Positions 25,851-40,029 of a DNA stretch of 64,000 nucleotides are shown here, piece by piece. The translations under genes were made by a program, and so were the position numbers. Source of the DNA: Octopus vulgaris (taxonomy: Eukaryota); NCBI GenBank assembly GCA_951406725.2, contig OX597821.1:70246001-70310000 (forward strand). The letters are read 5' to 3'. Position 1 is the stretch's first letter, and the number at the start of each line of letters is the position of its first letter. The notes under the pieces were generated by a model that saw only the letters and a list, made by a program, of their open reading frames with translations, was not told the DNA's origin and searched no databases.

Positions 25851-26176
25851 ATATAGCAAGAATTCAATCATTAATTCGATGATTGCAATAAAAATTAATC
25901 CCAATTCTATGAATAACATGCTTGGAATTAATGAACACACAATAAAAAAAAGTTTTTAACGCGAGAAAACATAATTTGAGAGGAAGCAGAATAAAATGAG
26001 TGAGATGTGTAATTAGAGAGGTGGCGGGGGGGGGGGAGTCTAGTGAAATGCTTTGAAAAATCTCAAATATGTATTTAGATAACGTTTATGGTTTATGTGC
26101 GTGCATGTGTATATGTATGTTGGTGTACATATATACGCACAAACACATAAACACACACACACACAGATATATATAC

Positions 26177-26275
<99 letters not shown>

Positions 26276-26382
26276 CATATAATATACATATAATATGTGT
26301 ATATGCACATGCATATATGTACACACACACAAACACACACACACATATATAATATACATATAGTATGTGTATATGTACATGC

Positions 26383-26439
<57 letters not shown>

Positions 26440-26550
26440 CATACATATACATACACACACAAACACACATATATATGTATATATGTTTGTATCGACTGCT
26501 ATTTCCAGTAAACATTGGTGCTTTGTTGTACCACTACTCTCTCTCTCTCG

Positions 26551-26601
<51 letters not shown>

Positions 26602-26695
26602 GAAATACATACATACATATATACATTTGGATACTCTATCCTCGCACACTCACATACGCACGCATACACACACACACACACACATATAAATATAA

Positions 26696-26759
<64 letters not shown>

Positions 26760-27804
26760 GCAGACATAAATATATCAATATATATGTATGCAGTATATAT
26801 GTACATGTATACACATATGTATGTGCATATATATATATATATGTGTGTGTGTATGTATGTGTGTGTGTATGTATATATATATATATACACACACACATAC
26901 ACACATACACATATATGCGCATATGCTCACACGTGTGTGTGTATGTGTGTAATAATATATTTATCTACATATCAATACATATGTATGTGTGTGTATACGT
27001 GTGTGTGTGTGTGTGTGTATGAGTGTGTTTGTACATGCTTGTATGTATAAAGAAAGTGTATAAATATTGTATCAGTCGATTGATACGTTCTGTAGGTAAC
27101 TATTGAAGTGAAAACAAAACCAAAAACAAAAAGAAAAGAAAAGGAAAGAAGTAGAGATACGAAGACAAAACAAAGCCGAGGAGATCTCTTAATATTCATA
27201 ATGTTATTAACAATATGGCTTCTGCCTGAGTTGAGCACCTCTTCCTCTATAATTCCTTAGGGTTCCTCACCCTCTTCGCATCATCCACATAATCTATGAA
27301 CTCGTAGACGTTTGACAAGTGGAGCGTACAGCAGTTAAAGACGTATTTATGTGCGGCTTTATTGATTGAGAGAGAGAGGGTGTGTGTACGACCCGTTGAA
27401 AAAGACGAGACGTGGTCGGCTTTGCATATTGACGGTTATCTGAAAACAAATGACAATGTAACAGAACAGCCATGAAAACTACAATAACAGCAGCGAACCA
27501 ATAGTGGAGGCAGCGGTGGCTCTATGCCTGCTAGAAATAACAACCCAAATCTACCTCAGATTACATATTCGTGACTCAAAATAAAATTATTAGACTCAAA
27601 ATAAAATGTAATTATATAGAGGCTAGGCAGCAAAACAGGATAGTCGTGGCTGGAGATCCGTTCATGTTATTTTTGTTTAATTATAAGGACAGCTTGGGCT
27701 ATATATACAATCTTAAATGCACACACACGCACGCAAACATACAGAAACAAACACACACATATATGTATGTATGTATATATGTGTGTAGGTTGGTGGGTGG
27801 GTGG

Positions 27805-27845
<41 letters not shown>

Positions 27846-27953
27846 GAGTCATTTCAAAGCATTGCCTGTTTTAAAAAGCCCCATCAGATGGCATGATAGT
27901 TCTAAGGTGTAGGTGCAGGAGGTAGTCAAATTCTGCATAAGGAGCAGATAACC

Positions 27954-28005
<52 letters not shown>

Positions 28006-28009
<4 letters not shown>

Positions 28010-28655
28010 ATAAATAAAAATATATGCATACATACAAACATATATGTACGTACCTACATCTACATGTATATATACATGCATATATAAATAATTATACGTG
28101 AGTACAGGACACCACAACAAGTCGTAGAAACGGGAAAAACAAAAAAACAAAAAAACAAGAAAACGAAAAATTTCCCGTATCGTATTCTCTTTTTATTTTC
28201 TCGTTTTGTATTTATTTGTATTTTTTGTACATGTATTTTTATTTTTGCAGTTTTATTGTTACGTCCTGTTCGTGTTCGTACTCATTTGCCCCGCTGCTTG
28301 GAATTTTATTTTAATTCTCTCGCAGGAAGGCCTAGTGGATTAGTGTTCTGTCTGAAACATGTTCTGAAACATGCTTGAGTCTACTAGCGACAGCTGATGA
28401 CGGGGTTTTTTTCCTTGTGTAGCACGTCCTGTAACTGTTTTTTTCGTTTTTTTGTTTTTTTTTGTTTTTTTTTTTTTTTTTTTTTTGTTTGTTTTTGTTT
28501 TTGTTTTTTTTGTTTTTTTTTTTTTTTTGATTTCTACGTCTTGTTGTGGTGTCCTGTACTCACGTATAATTATTTATATATGCATGTATATATACATGTA
28601 GATGTAGGTACGTACATATATGTTTGTATGTATGCATATATTTTTATTTATCACA
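28006..28655. repeat. ~125-bp inverted repeat pair (28006-28130 / 28531-28655) within a (TA)n-flanked element
   Basis: Arms are reverse complements with one visible mismatch (GTCGTAG vs GACGTAG) and continue into A-rich/T-rich tracts. Confidence 0.9.
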
Positions 28656-28752
28656 TTATTGTCTGACAGCGCCCCGCGTCAGGTTCGTTCCGATTCGTCG
28701 TTTCGTTCCGATTCGTCGTTTCGTTCCACCTCTTGGTTCCTGTTATTTTTAT

Positions 28753-28816
<64 letters not shown>

Positions 28817-28857
28817 CGTATATGCTTTATTTAAAAGCAGCAGAAATATAACAAAAG

Positions 28858-28893
28858 CTGTTACTCAGTTTCACGTTCCCGTTCATTGGACAG
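28858..28893 (-). ncRNA. hammerhead-like motif of the CCGACGA family, core-mutated copy
   Basis: Minus strand: CTGT-CCAATGA-ACG-GGAA-CGT-GAA-AC-TGA-GT-A-ACAG. All three stems pair; G5 is replaced by A. Confidence 0.6.
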
Positions 28894-30108
28894 TTTTTGT
28901 ATATACACACATACATACGCACACACACACACACACACACGCTGGTAGTTTATCATTTGATAACATCCACCTTCCACACTGCGCTTAGATAATTCTGTCT
29001 GAGTTCCCGAATGATTCCTTACCTGTGGACATGGCAGATTCTCAAGAAATTACCAACAGTCGATCTAACACTCCCATCGCTTGTTGCTACCATTTATAAG
29101 CTGTTCATCAAAATACTGTTTAACGCGGTAATCAAACATTTATTAAAAAAAAAAGAGACAAAAACCGAAACGGATCAAAATGGGGCGAAGAAACAAGATT
29201 TGCGGGGCAATCGACCAATTCCTTCTTTTAAAAAATGTAATGGATGAAGACAAGGTGTGTAAAGAGAGACTTCTATGTGCCTGGATCAGTTACACGAAAA
29301 CTTGATTCAGTCATACATGTCTGGCACCTCAAAGTTCTAAAATATTTCGTTTTGGCCATGGTGAACCTCATTAAATCCCCGCCCCCCAAAAGAAAACAAA
29401 AATATGACGGACAACTTGGCGATCTGCAACAACACCCTGATTGTGAGTTCAACACTTACTTATTGATTAGGCAATGTTTTTGGTTTCTATTTTATCTGCT
29501 GTTTCTTAACTTTAAGTTGGTTGACAAAAAAAAAAAAACTGACTTTGATGGTGGAAGTGAGGACCAGACTCGTGCACCATTTTCTTTTAAGGAATGGCCG
29601 AACGTTGGATATTAAAACCGCTCCTCAGCTTTTGAGCTCCCTGAATGTTGTCAAACAGTTCAGAAATGACACTAAAATGTGCATTAGACTGGTGAAATGC
29701 GAGAAACTGTGAAGAAATCGTGGTCGTGGAGAATAGAATTGGAAACTGCAACGAAGGTAGATATGCAATTTTGCATCCTACAAACATTTTGGGTAGACAT
29801 GCAAGGAGAAATATTTGAGTGAGAGATGTCCGATAAATCATGAAATAAATTTTGATTGGTTTTAAAATATGAAAACCGATCTCTTTTGCATGAACGTTAT
29901 CAATATATTTGGAGTACGAGCAACAGATTTGCAATGTATGTTACAAATAGGTTTGTGGTATTAGACTGGAGCGACACAGAGCTGAACTGAATTTAATGAG
30001 ATGTAAAACGATAAATCTACTTATAAATAATTCCATATACTACACACCCCTAAAAAGAAACTCGGCGACATACGACCATCAAGGAGGATCAATGTAAATG
30101 AGTTATTA

Positions 30109-31332
30109 CACTATACAACAAATTTTAGGGTCAAGAAAAAACATAGTTCTCATGTACACTTAATTATGAAGTTGATTGTGCTAAATTCGAATTTTATAAC
30201 AAAAATTTCCCATCACGTCACATTTTCATGTAAATTACCGACTCTGCAATTTATACTAATTTCCACGATACCATAAATTCATTTTGCTCCCAAAGTCAGG
30301 TTAAATATGTCCATTGTAATTCATTCATAAATATCTAATGAATCGGCAGGTTTGTTAGCATTATACAATGTATTGACCTACATTTTAGTATTTACTTCTT
30401 CGTTTATAAGGCATCTCAGGTGTGTCACGCTTCAGGTTCCAGCAGAAGTCAGCCAGCATAGCTGGGGCCCATTTCCCTTATTCCTATTTTCCATTGACGC
30501 TATATCTTGATGGAACCTAATTCCCTGTTCATCACTCACATCTCCTGCATTCTCTGGGAATAAGGACAGATGAGAACGAAGAAAGTGCATCGTTAGCGAC
30601 ATATTGCATCCGAAATCTTGGTAGCACTTGATTAGGCTCTCCACTATACTCTCTCGCTGGGCCACTTGGCGTTTTCCTAGAGGTTCTTTGCATACATCAT
30701 TGAATGCATGCTGTAAAGGCATGTATCTAAGAATAACTTCTACTCATTTGGTTCATAGGTCAGCTCAAGGGCATTGAATAGGTCTCTGAGATTATTACAA
30801 TAAGTCAAGTTGTTTTCCAAAGTGAAGAATTGCTGTAGATCTGCAGAATGCTTCCTAAATACTGTAACGTGAGCATCTTTATCCAACAGTTTCCATTGTT
30901 GCAGTCGCGAGGTCAGGACTTCACTTTGTTGCTTAGTAAGTGTTAGTTCACCAACTAGATCACTGAGCTCAGGTTGGGTGATAAGGTCTGGTTTCTTGTC
31001 AGATTTACCACGCCTTTGGACCCATATAACTATAAAAATATTGAGTGTAATTTTGTAATTTTCATAGGTTATGTTCACAAATACCTTAGGAACACCCTAT
31101 TAAAATTATATCAAAATCCTTTGACAACTTTTAGAGTGGTCAGTTTCGGCCCAATTCTATTTGCATTCAATTCCTATGGAGCCATCAGTTTACTTAACGT
31201 AAGTAAGATTGTAATTTACGAGAAGCTGGAGGGTCACAGGACGAAACGGATGTTATATATTCGTGATCTACACACAAAATGCCCCTGGAAAAGGTTATTC
31301 TCAATTCCGTTTCTTTTCATTGTTACACAGTG
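30109..31332 (-). mobile_element. Chapaev3-type (CMC) DNA transposon, internally deleted, both ends present
   Basis: GCNMSLTMHFLRSHLSLFPENAGDVSDEQGIRFHQDI..MLADFCW and LITQPELSDLVGELTLTKQQSEVLTSRLQQWKLL motifs; imperfect TIRs CACTATACAACAA / TTGTTACACAGTG; TTA TSD on both sides. Confidence 0.85.
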
Positions 31333-32924
31333 TTATTAATTTTGTCTTCTTTCTTTCCATCTAACGTGAAGGCCTGTTACGTGTCCTTATTGGTTACAAT
31401 TAAACATTTCAAATTGATCATATCTGCTGCTCATATTTGCTGCTCATAATTCTCATAGAAATTGTTTTAGCTTCAGAACAGTTAAAATGTAAACCTGAAG
31501 CACAGGAAAAAATATATTGACGGCCCACATTTCAATACTATCGCCATATTTTCACAAAATGGTTGCTCCGTATATAAATAAAATGCTGCCTATGGTTTGG
31601 ATTTGTAAACCTGCCTTGAATGCGACAATAGAAGCAACATCGTTCTTGATACAATAACAGACCATCACTACTAAGCGTTTTTAAAGGGATATCCATGACT
31701 TCTAGAAAGCAAATGATAAATGATGCGGGTTTTCGAGCATTTCCTGAGACAATACAACACATTACGGCTGGATGTTTTATTTGCTCTGACTTTATTTCGC
31801 TGAATACACAGCAACGCAGCCACGCTGCTCTACATATCGCGCTAAATTCCACTTGCTTTAAGAAAAATCTCTCTCAGATGAACATCCATCTGTCTTTGAA
31901 AATGACAATATAAAAATATTATGGAACAACGAATGGAATGAGAGATAATAAAAGGCAATATCAAAAACACAGCATGTCGAATAAGATACAAATGGAGGAG
32001 GTTGGTTTTTCTCTTTTCTCTATTATAACCAACCCTGAACTTTTATTCGTTTTACAACTGCAATGAATATCACCACCGAAACCGCCACCACCACTACCTT
32101 CAGCCATCCTCCTCGCCGCCGCCGCCGCCGCCCCTATCATTACCATCACAACCCTCACATCCAATCATTGCCATCACCCCCACCCCTACCACCATTCGTT
32201 ACACCAGAGACGTTCACCCAACAACACAATCACCAACGGAAAACAAGCAATAATTCATTACGTACGGCCATAAAAAATGTTGCAGTTAACAACAAAAGCT
32301 GACTGACGAGGCAGACGCCGTCGTCGCATTAATATATTCCGTACATATGTCGAGGGCAGGGAACGTTCGTTGCATCGTCTTCCGTCTGCTCATAGATTCT
32401 TTGCTTCATTTAAACCCTATTCTTTCACTCATTAAACTCTATATTTATGTCTTTCACCCTTTCCTTCGTCTCCTTCACCCTCTGTCGTTTCCTTTTGTGT
32501 CTCTTTCTGTCTCTCCCTTATTCCCCACTCTGAATGTGTCTGCCTATCTCGCAATATATATGAGTACGTGTGTGTGAGTGTGTATGTGTTTGTGTGTGTG
32601 TGTGTGTGTAGGTATATACGTGTATGTGTTAACCAAATTCACTCGACGAGGCGTTGGGAGACGCTATGCTTCTTCTTGTCGATTAACGAAGGAGAGTACT
32701 CAATACATGTTATAGAGCATATTGTTCATTTAAACTAGATTCTTCTCCCGTTTGAATTTCCTGTTGCTCCATTCATGTTCTCCACTCAACTTTTTTTCTG
32801 TTGATGAAACTGTCCATGGTGTTTACCTTTCTGCTTCATTCGCTCAGTGTAAATAGCATTCATTTCGTTTTCTACTGGAAGAATTTCTAGGACATTAAAT
32901 TCTTTCCCGCATTGTGCGACTTCA

Positions 32925-33318
32925 TCTATATATATAAAACTGTAGTTGTGTGAGTGTCTGTCCCCTTCGATTTAGATTCCTAACTACTCCCACATTTTGC
33001 GGTGCAGTTTAACCAAAAGCGGGTATCTTATAGTCGTGATTCATATCGAGCCCTTCTGGGTATTAGCGCGCGTCTACGATGAGTCTACGATTTTAAAAAT
33101 AATTTACCATCATTTTTTTCCATTTTCATGCATATTTTTTTAAAGGGAAGTAACTCTCTAAAAATGTCTACGATGAGTCAACGATTAAAAAAAAAATTAC
33201 GATCATATTTTTTCCATTTTTAATGCATTTTTTTTGCTATTTTTTGGCTATAACTCTCTAAAAATGCTGTATAGTTATTTCCCTTACACACCCGAGCAAC
33301 GCCGGGCGATACTGCTAG
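32925..33318 (+). mobile_element. non-autonomous Helitron
   Basis: A|TCTATATATATAAAA 5' end, subterminal hairpin CCCGAGCAACGCCGGG, CTAG|T 3' end; internal ~100-bp duplication starting GTCTACGATGAGTC. Confidence 0.85.
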
Positions 33319-33559
33319 TTTCATATAAAGAAGATCGTATGATTTACAATTCGGAGTAGCGGGACATTAGGCTTTGTTAGGGATGCAACCAATCCAATTG
33401 CTGGAGGAGTTTTGAAAGTTAGTTCAAGTTGTAATAAGTTTTCTTCCCACTTTGTTTAGGCTCTCCTTGTCGACTTCTACTTTCGAGTGATGCATCTTTC
33501 TTATAGTTAGCGTTTTTTCTTGTTTTGGAATACCAGTCTCTTGATTCCTCTGAGCTGGT

Positions 33560-33970
33560 GAGGTTGAAGCTGAACCTCATTACTTATCTTGCAAGAGTGT
33601 TAACAACTCTACATCTATTATCCGCATGGAGATCGCTCTAATGCCCTACACTCTCTCCTTTTGGACACATTTTGCATCTCCTGCATGGCTGAGTGTTGTA
33701 CACCGTCTCCATCATTCACTCCGAGATAATTTTACTCTCCGTCTTAATCTAAGTCCTTGATCACGTTGTCAACTTCAATGTTTAGATTTGCAGTTTTAGA
33801 TATTCTTCCTTGGAGGTGACTTTGGCACACTTGACGATTCCAAACTCCATTTTGATGCCGTCGCTGAGGTTTTTCATAATGTTAGTTAGCTCCATCTCCC
33901 GGTTGTTGTCTTTGGCAAACTTATTCAAGTCATTAATTTTGGAGATGTGGCTCACTTTACCATTTTGTGA
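33560..33970 (-). mobile_element. R4/Dong-like LINE RT remnant
   Basis: KVSHISKINDLNKFAKD..IMKNLSDGIKMEFGIVKCAK resembles the decayed HLLYMDDLKL..DI.MEFGLDKCA motif; YLG motif downstream. Confidence 0.7.
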
Positions 33971-34342
33971 GATAAGAATGATGTTGTTTAATAGACTGGT
34001 GGTTCTAAATCGAGAGCCTTCCAAAACAAAATATCATTTTGCCTTCCAAAACCTGTTAACTTGAAAACAAGTAGAACCTGTTTCCACCAAAATCAAAGAA
34101 ACTAAAATGCACTTCAAGGAAACCCTGATTTTGCTGATGAACAACACAGCTACAACTAGTGACGTGAGGTCATTATGTGGCCCTGACTCCAAGGTGATCA
34201 CATCACTAGGTCACGTGCATTTACACTGTCTGTTCTGAGTAAGGCCATACTCGATAAAAGTCAAAGATGAGAAAGCCCATTTACCTTATTCCGACGGAGG
34301 TACAGTCTTCCTCTCTCCGTTTCACTGAGGGTTTTACCACAA

Positions 34343-34576
34343 TAAGGCGGCGAACTGGCAGAGTCGTTAGCACGCCGGGCGAAATGCTCAGTGCTATTTC
34401 GTCTACCGTTACGTTCTGAGTTCAAATTCCGCCGAGGTCGACTTTGCCTTTCATCCTTTCGGGGTCGATTAAATAAGTAGCAGTTACGCACTGGGGTCGA
34501 TATAATCGACTTAATCCGTTTATCTGTCCTTGTTTGTCCCCTCTGTGTTTAGCCCCTTGTGGGTAATAAAGAAATA
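34343..34576 (+). mobile_element. SINE family A, full-length single copy with 13-bp TSD
   Basis: TSD GGTTTTACCACAA at 34330-34342 and 34577-34589. Confidence 0.93.
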
Positions 34577-36242
34577 GGTTTTACCACAAACTGTCCTTTA
34601 AATAGTTTTTTGTTTACATTTCCTCCGAAAGTCTCCTACTCTTTTGGCGTATTTATCTCTTAAGATATTGCAGGCATTTTGTGATATTTGCAAGATTTCA
34701 TGCGTGCTGTTTGCTACATGTTTATTTCATGTAATTAATACCTATGATTCTGCATTTTGCTCTATGCGATCTGTTACGTCTTCTCTTCCTTGTGTTCAAT
34801 TACCGTCTAATTAATGTTGCTGCATATTTGTCCGTGCTGGAGTATGTGATCTGGGTGTATGAGGGGGAGGGATTCAGGTTACGCTTGTGATAATGGAGGC
34901 GGTGGTGATGGGGATTATGGTGTTGGTAGTTCTGGTGTAGCTGCTGTTGGGGTGTTGCGGGTAGATTGTTGCCTAAAGGCATCTCTCACATGTGTTCGTA
35001 TCTACGAATTTTTTATTGTATGTTTTTTCTTTTTTTCTTTTTATTGCATTAATACCTTTTTTTTACTATTTAAGCTCCTAAATGCCCCTCCCCATCGCAC
35101 GACATATCTGTGACGTCCCAAGCAAAGAGGGTGGCCACTGTCTTCTCTTGTTTGGGACTTTCAGTTGCTGTTGCGGGTAGTACCTCTTTTGTTGTTTTGT
35201 TGCTGTACGCACTATTTCCAGTCTTATAGCTGGAGCTGTAATCGCTTTTGCTGCGATTGAATGCTGCTGTTGCAGTTGCTGCAGATATTTCTGCTGTGGC
35301 TTCTGCTGCTGCTGCTAGATGTCGCTATTGGTGTTGATTTTAAGTTGTTGGTAGTTGTAGGAGCTTTCTTTCAGTTGAAAATTTTGTTGTTGTTTGGGGG
35401 TACAAAGCTTTGGGATGATTAATGCTGCCACATCTGTGGCACCGATGCCTTCTCACTTCCTCTACCACCTGCAGTTGCTGCTTTCCTAGGGATCTCTATT
35501 AGATTTTCTCTGGTGTCTCAGGTATCACCTGAATCAACATCTCCGATCTCCTCCCAGTCTAATTTTCTTTGCAACATTTTTTTTATTTTCAGCATTCTAA
35601 GGTTCCCGATAAACACATTTCATCTCTCACTTGAAGTCTGGTTTTGGTGGTATGTTTAAGATCGCGAGTCAATCAGTGTCAATGAGAAATATTCATTACT
35701 TTGCGTGACGGCAGAGTACTTCTAGTTTAGGATTTCCGTGTGGAAAATTTGTCAGTTGTGCGCATTCCACAAAGTTCATATTTTCTATATTTTCCTTAAG
35801 CATAGTTCAGCTTAGTCTGAAGGTATTCGCTCTAATTTGTGTATTTTAGTCGATAAGCAACTATGCAGAATTGCTTTCCTTCCTGTTTGGTCTACAAGGT
35901 CCTGGGGCATATTGAGCGTAACAAATGCTGCTCTTGCCTGTATTTCCCCGCCTCTACGATATGTTTATGCTTTTTGTCTTGTGAGATGAAATCGAACAAG
36001 TTTGATTTTGGCAAAAGAAATATTTTTACCGTGTTTTCATAGCTACTGCAGCTGGCGTCGTTAGTATCATTGCTCACGCTGCATATTGGAGCGGCGGTGG
36101 TAGTATTTGTGGTGGTGGTCTTTGTGGGGGAGTTACACGGTTTGCGGCCTTCTCGAGTCTCTTTAAAAAATTTTTTTCCTAAACTGCAAGTTCATGTCTG
36201 GCCTCTGTATACTTCTGGCGGCGTTATCGAAAAATATTTGAT

Positions 36243-36450
36243 ACTCTTTTACTCTTCTACTTGTTTCAGTCATTTGACTGCGGCCATGCTGGAGCACCAC
36301 CTTTAATCGAGCAACTCGACCCCGGGATTTATTCTTTGTAAGCCCAGTACTTATTCTTTCGGTCTGTTTTGCCGAACCGCTTAGTTACACACCAGCATCG
36401 GTTGTCAAGCGATGTTGGAGGGGACAAACATAGACACACAAACACACACG

Positions 36451-36521
<71 letters not shown>

Positions 36522-36668
36522 GACGGGCTTCTTTCAGTTTCCGTCTACCAAATCCACTCACAAGGCTTTGGTCGACCCGAGGCTAAAGTAGAAGACACTT
36601 GCGCAAGGTGCCACGCAGTGGGACTGAACCCGGAACCATGTGGTTGGTAAGCAAGCTACATACCACAC
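36243..36668 (-). mobile_element. SINE family B, near full length, expanded internal (TA)n
   Basis: Reverse complement of 9999-10400. Confidence 0.9.
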
Positions 36669-37150
36669 ATTCGTATGTTTGCACACCATTTAGCCTTTGC
36701 ATATATTTCTTCATTTAAGAATTGTGGGCGTGTGTGGGAGCGGGGTGCATTAGTGTGCCCATATATGTGTGTATATGTATGTGCATTGTCGTTGTTAGCC
36801 GAGTCATTGGAATTGTTTTAATTAATGTTATTATCTTCTGTTGAAAGTTAAATATTCTTCTGGCTAATTACGGTTAATTATACTTCTTTTCAGTGCTGTT
36901 GCATTCATTATTTTTTTACATTCTTTTTAGGCATTTTTTCTTTTCAAGCAGAAAGCCATCTTAACTTGATGTAAAAATTAAAACCATATTAAACGATGTT
37001 CAAGTTTTATGTTATAATTTCGTCGGTTAGGTGACATCAAAAATACAACAGAAGGATCCTCCATCGGAAACTATTAAGAGAAATTATTTTTCTCCAGCTA
37101 TAAAAGGGATCAAAACTTCACCGAAAATACAAGAAGCCCCAGCTGGGGGA

Positions 37151-37212
<62 letters not shown>

Positions 37213-37235
37213 TGATGATGATGATGATGATGATG

Positions 37236-37299
<64 letters not shown>

Positions 37300-37323
37300 T
37301 AACAATAATAATAATAATGATAA
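37151..37323. repeat. (AAT)n(GAT)n(AAT)n microsatellite
   Basis: Direct reading. Confidence 0.95.
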
Positions 37324-37620
37324 AGTTCTAACATAAAACGCCAAAGAATACTGCTTTTATGTTTATCCGCGATTTGCTTCTCTGAAGTTAGAAACAATGA
37401 ATAGCATGTTTGCTCATTGTGACAGCTGACATTTTGCTACAGGCCGACACGTGACTGATGGCCTCTAATGAAAGATCCTGATTTCCAGTTGGATCTCAAT
37501 TGATTTTGAGTGATCACTTTTATATTCCTTATAGAAATCATCAAAAATGTTAACAAAAGTGATTATATATGTGCATATATGTATTTGTGTGCATACATAC
37601 ACACACACACACACGCACAC

Positions 37621-37765
37621 ATATATATATGTATATATATGTCTGTATGTGTGTTGATAGATGGATGGATAGACAGCTACATAAATACATATATACACAC
37701 ATATATATATGTATATATATGTCTGTATGTGTGTTGATAGATGGATAGATAGACAGATACATAAA

Positions 37766-37780
<15 letters not shown>
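37621..37780. repeat. 80-bp tandem duplication of mixed simple repeats
   Basis: 37621-37700 is repeated at 37701-37780 with 2 substitutions. Confidence 0.85.
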
Positions 37781-37823
<43 letters not shown>

Positions 37824-38238
37824 CGCATATAAATTCATATTATACACACACATACCCACAGATATATATACATATATGATGACTGCCATTCGATTTTGAG
37901 TAAAACGATCGCTTGATTGTTCTTTTAAATATGAGCATCATGGATGCCGCTTTCCATTTCCGACTAGAACCTTCCTGCTTTACCACATTTGAAGCAATGT
38001 TGATAACCACTGCAGTAAAATTTGTTCTAATAGAACATCCACATTTACGTGGCGATAGATATTAACTCTCCGTATTAATACAGCCTATGTCACTAATATA
38101 AATCTTTGACGAAACTGTGGTATACCGGCCGTAGAAAATCAAAAAGTGTATTTAAAGATGGCTGTTTATATATTTTTTCTAATAAATGCATCAAGTATTT
38201 TCACTGCCCCTTACTAATACGATGTTAGTCCTCGTATA

Positions 38239-39504
38239 TATTGGGTTGGCAACTAAATTCCAACCGTTTTTTTTAAATCTTGGAATTTATTGCGTTTTTA
38301 AATTTTGGAATCTATTTTTTTCGAGAATTCTATTTTTGAATCATTTTGGAATCTATTTTGTTTTTTTTTTCTAGTTAATTTTAGTTAATTTTTGTTTATT
38401 TTCAGATCATTAAAATGGAATGTCAAGTTAAGAAAAACGAGCATTTTCGACACCTTCTTTTTGCTTTTAATCAAGGTTCTAAGGCCGCAAAAGCTGTTCA
38501 CGACCTTTGTGCTGTGTATGGAGAGGGTGCCTTGGCTGAAAGAACCGCTCATGATTGGTATGCCAAGTTCAAAAATGGAAATTTTGACCGTCCAGTTGAG
38601 TTCGATGAAGAGCGATTAAACTAACTTTTGCACGAAAATTCTCGTCAAACGACAAGGGAACTGGCAGAGAAAATGGAATGCTCCCACACTGCTATAGAGA
38701 AGCATCTTCACTCGATGGGAAAGGTTCAGAAGTATGGAGCATGGGTTCCGCATGCTTTAAGTGACAACACAACAAAAATCAACGAGCTACAATCTCTTGC
38801 TCGTCACCGCTAAACTCATGGACACTAGCAACGATTTATTTACCGAATCGTTACTGGCGACAGAAATGGTGCCTGTACACCAATATGAAGCAGCGTAAGG
38901 AACGGCTTAGCCCCGGTAAACAAGCGACACGGCGCGTGAAACAAGATCTTCATCCGCGTTAAACGATGTTGTGCGTATGGTGGGACTGGGAAGGGATTAT
39001 CCATTACGAATTGCTTGAACGGAACCAAACGGTCAACGTGGAACTCTATGTTCAACAGATGGAACGACTCAACACGGCTATTCAAGAGAAAAGACCTAAT
39101 CGGCAGCATGGAGTTCTTCTGCTGCACGACAACGCCCGCCCTCATATCGCCAATATGACCAAGGAAGCCACTCAAACGCATGGCTGGGAAGTGCTGCCAC
39201 ACTCGCCGCACTCTTCTGATTTGGCACCAACGGATTTCCACCTCTTTCGATCTCTTTCAAATGCTATGCGCGGAGTTTCGTTCAATACTGATGCAGAATT
39301 GAGAGCTTGGTTGGATCAATTTTTCGAGTCGAAATCGGGTGATTTCTACCAACGAGGTATTGAAAATCTTGTTGAACGTTGGGAAGAAGTTGTAAACAAG
39401 AAGGGTAAATATATTATTGATTAATTAGTTGTTATTTTTTATTTAGCCTTTTAAAAATCTTAAATTAGAAAACAAACAGCGGGAACTTAGTTGCCAACCC
39501 GATA
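38239..39504 (+). mobile_element. near full-length mariner (DD34D, mellifera-subfamily-like), inactivated
   Basis: TIRs TATTGGGTTGGCAACTAAATTCC / GGAACTTAGTTGCCAACCCGATA with TA flanks. Transposase runs ~38415-39424 (EHFRHLL, WVPHAL, TGD, HDNARPH, SSDLAPTD) with stops and frameshifts. Confidence 0.95.
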
Positions 39505-39880
39505 TATTGTGCTTTTCAACATGGCACGTGCATAAGAGATATTATTTCCGGATGAATACCGCAGTAAAATTTGCTTTACACGATGCATTTAGATGAAGTA
39601 TGACTATTTTAATCGAATAATATTTTAATACAGAAAATTATTAAGTAATTAATTATTTTTCAATAAATGAAATAATATTTATGTAGGTTTTACATTAAAA
39701 ATCTCAGTTCATACTTCTTGAAGATAATTTCAATATTTTTGCGATATTTTCAGCCAAATCTTGTGGCACGTAAGAATGACACAGCACAGCATTCTGCAAC
39801 CAAAGCTTTAGATACAGACAAACGGAACTTACATTAGTATCCCATCAGCAATTAATCGGTGGCTTACGGAGGGCAGTTGT

Positions 39881-39930
<50 letters not shown>

Positions 39931-39972
39931 CGCACATACATACATACATACATACATACATACAATACATAC

Positions 39973-40029
<57 letters not shown>

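Noticed and set aside
32300-32330. CTGACGA-GGC-AGAC-GCC hairpin
   Set aside because: No GAAA box follows.
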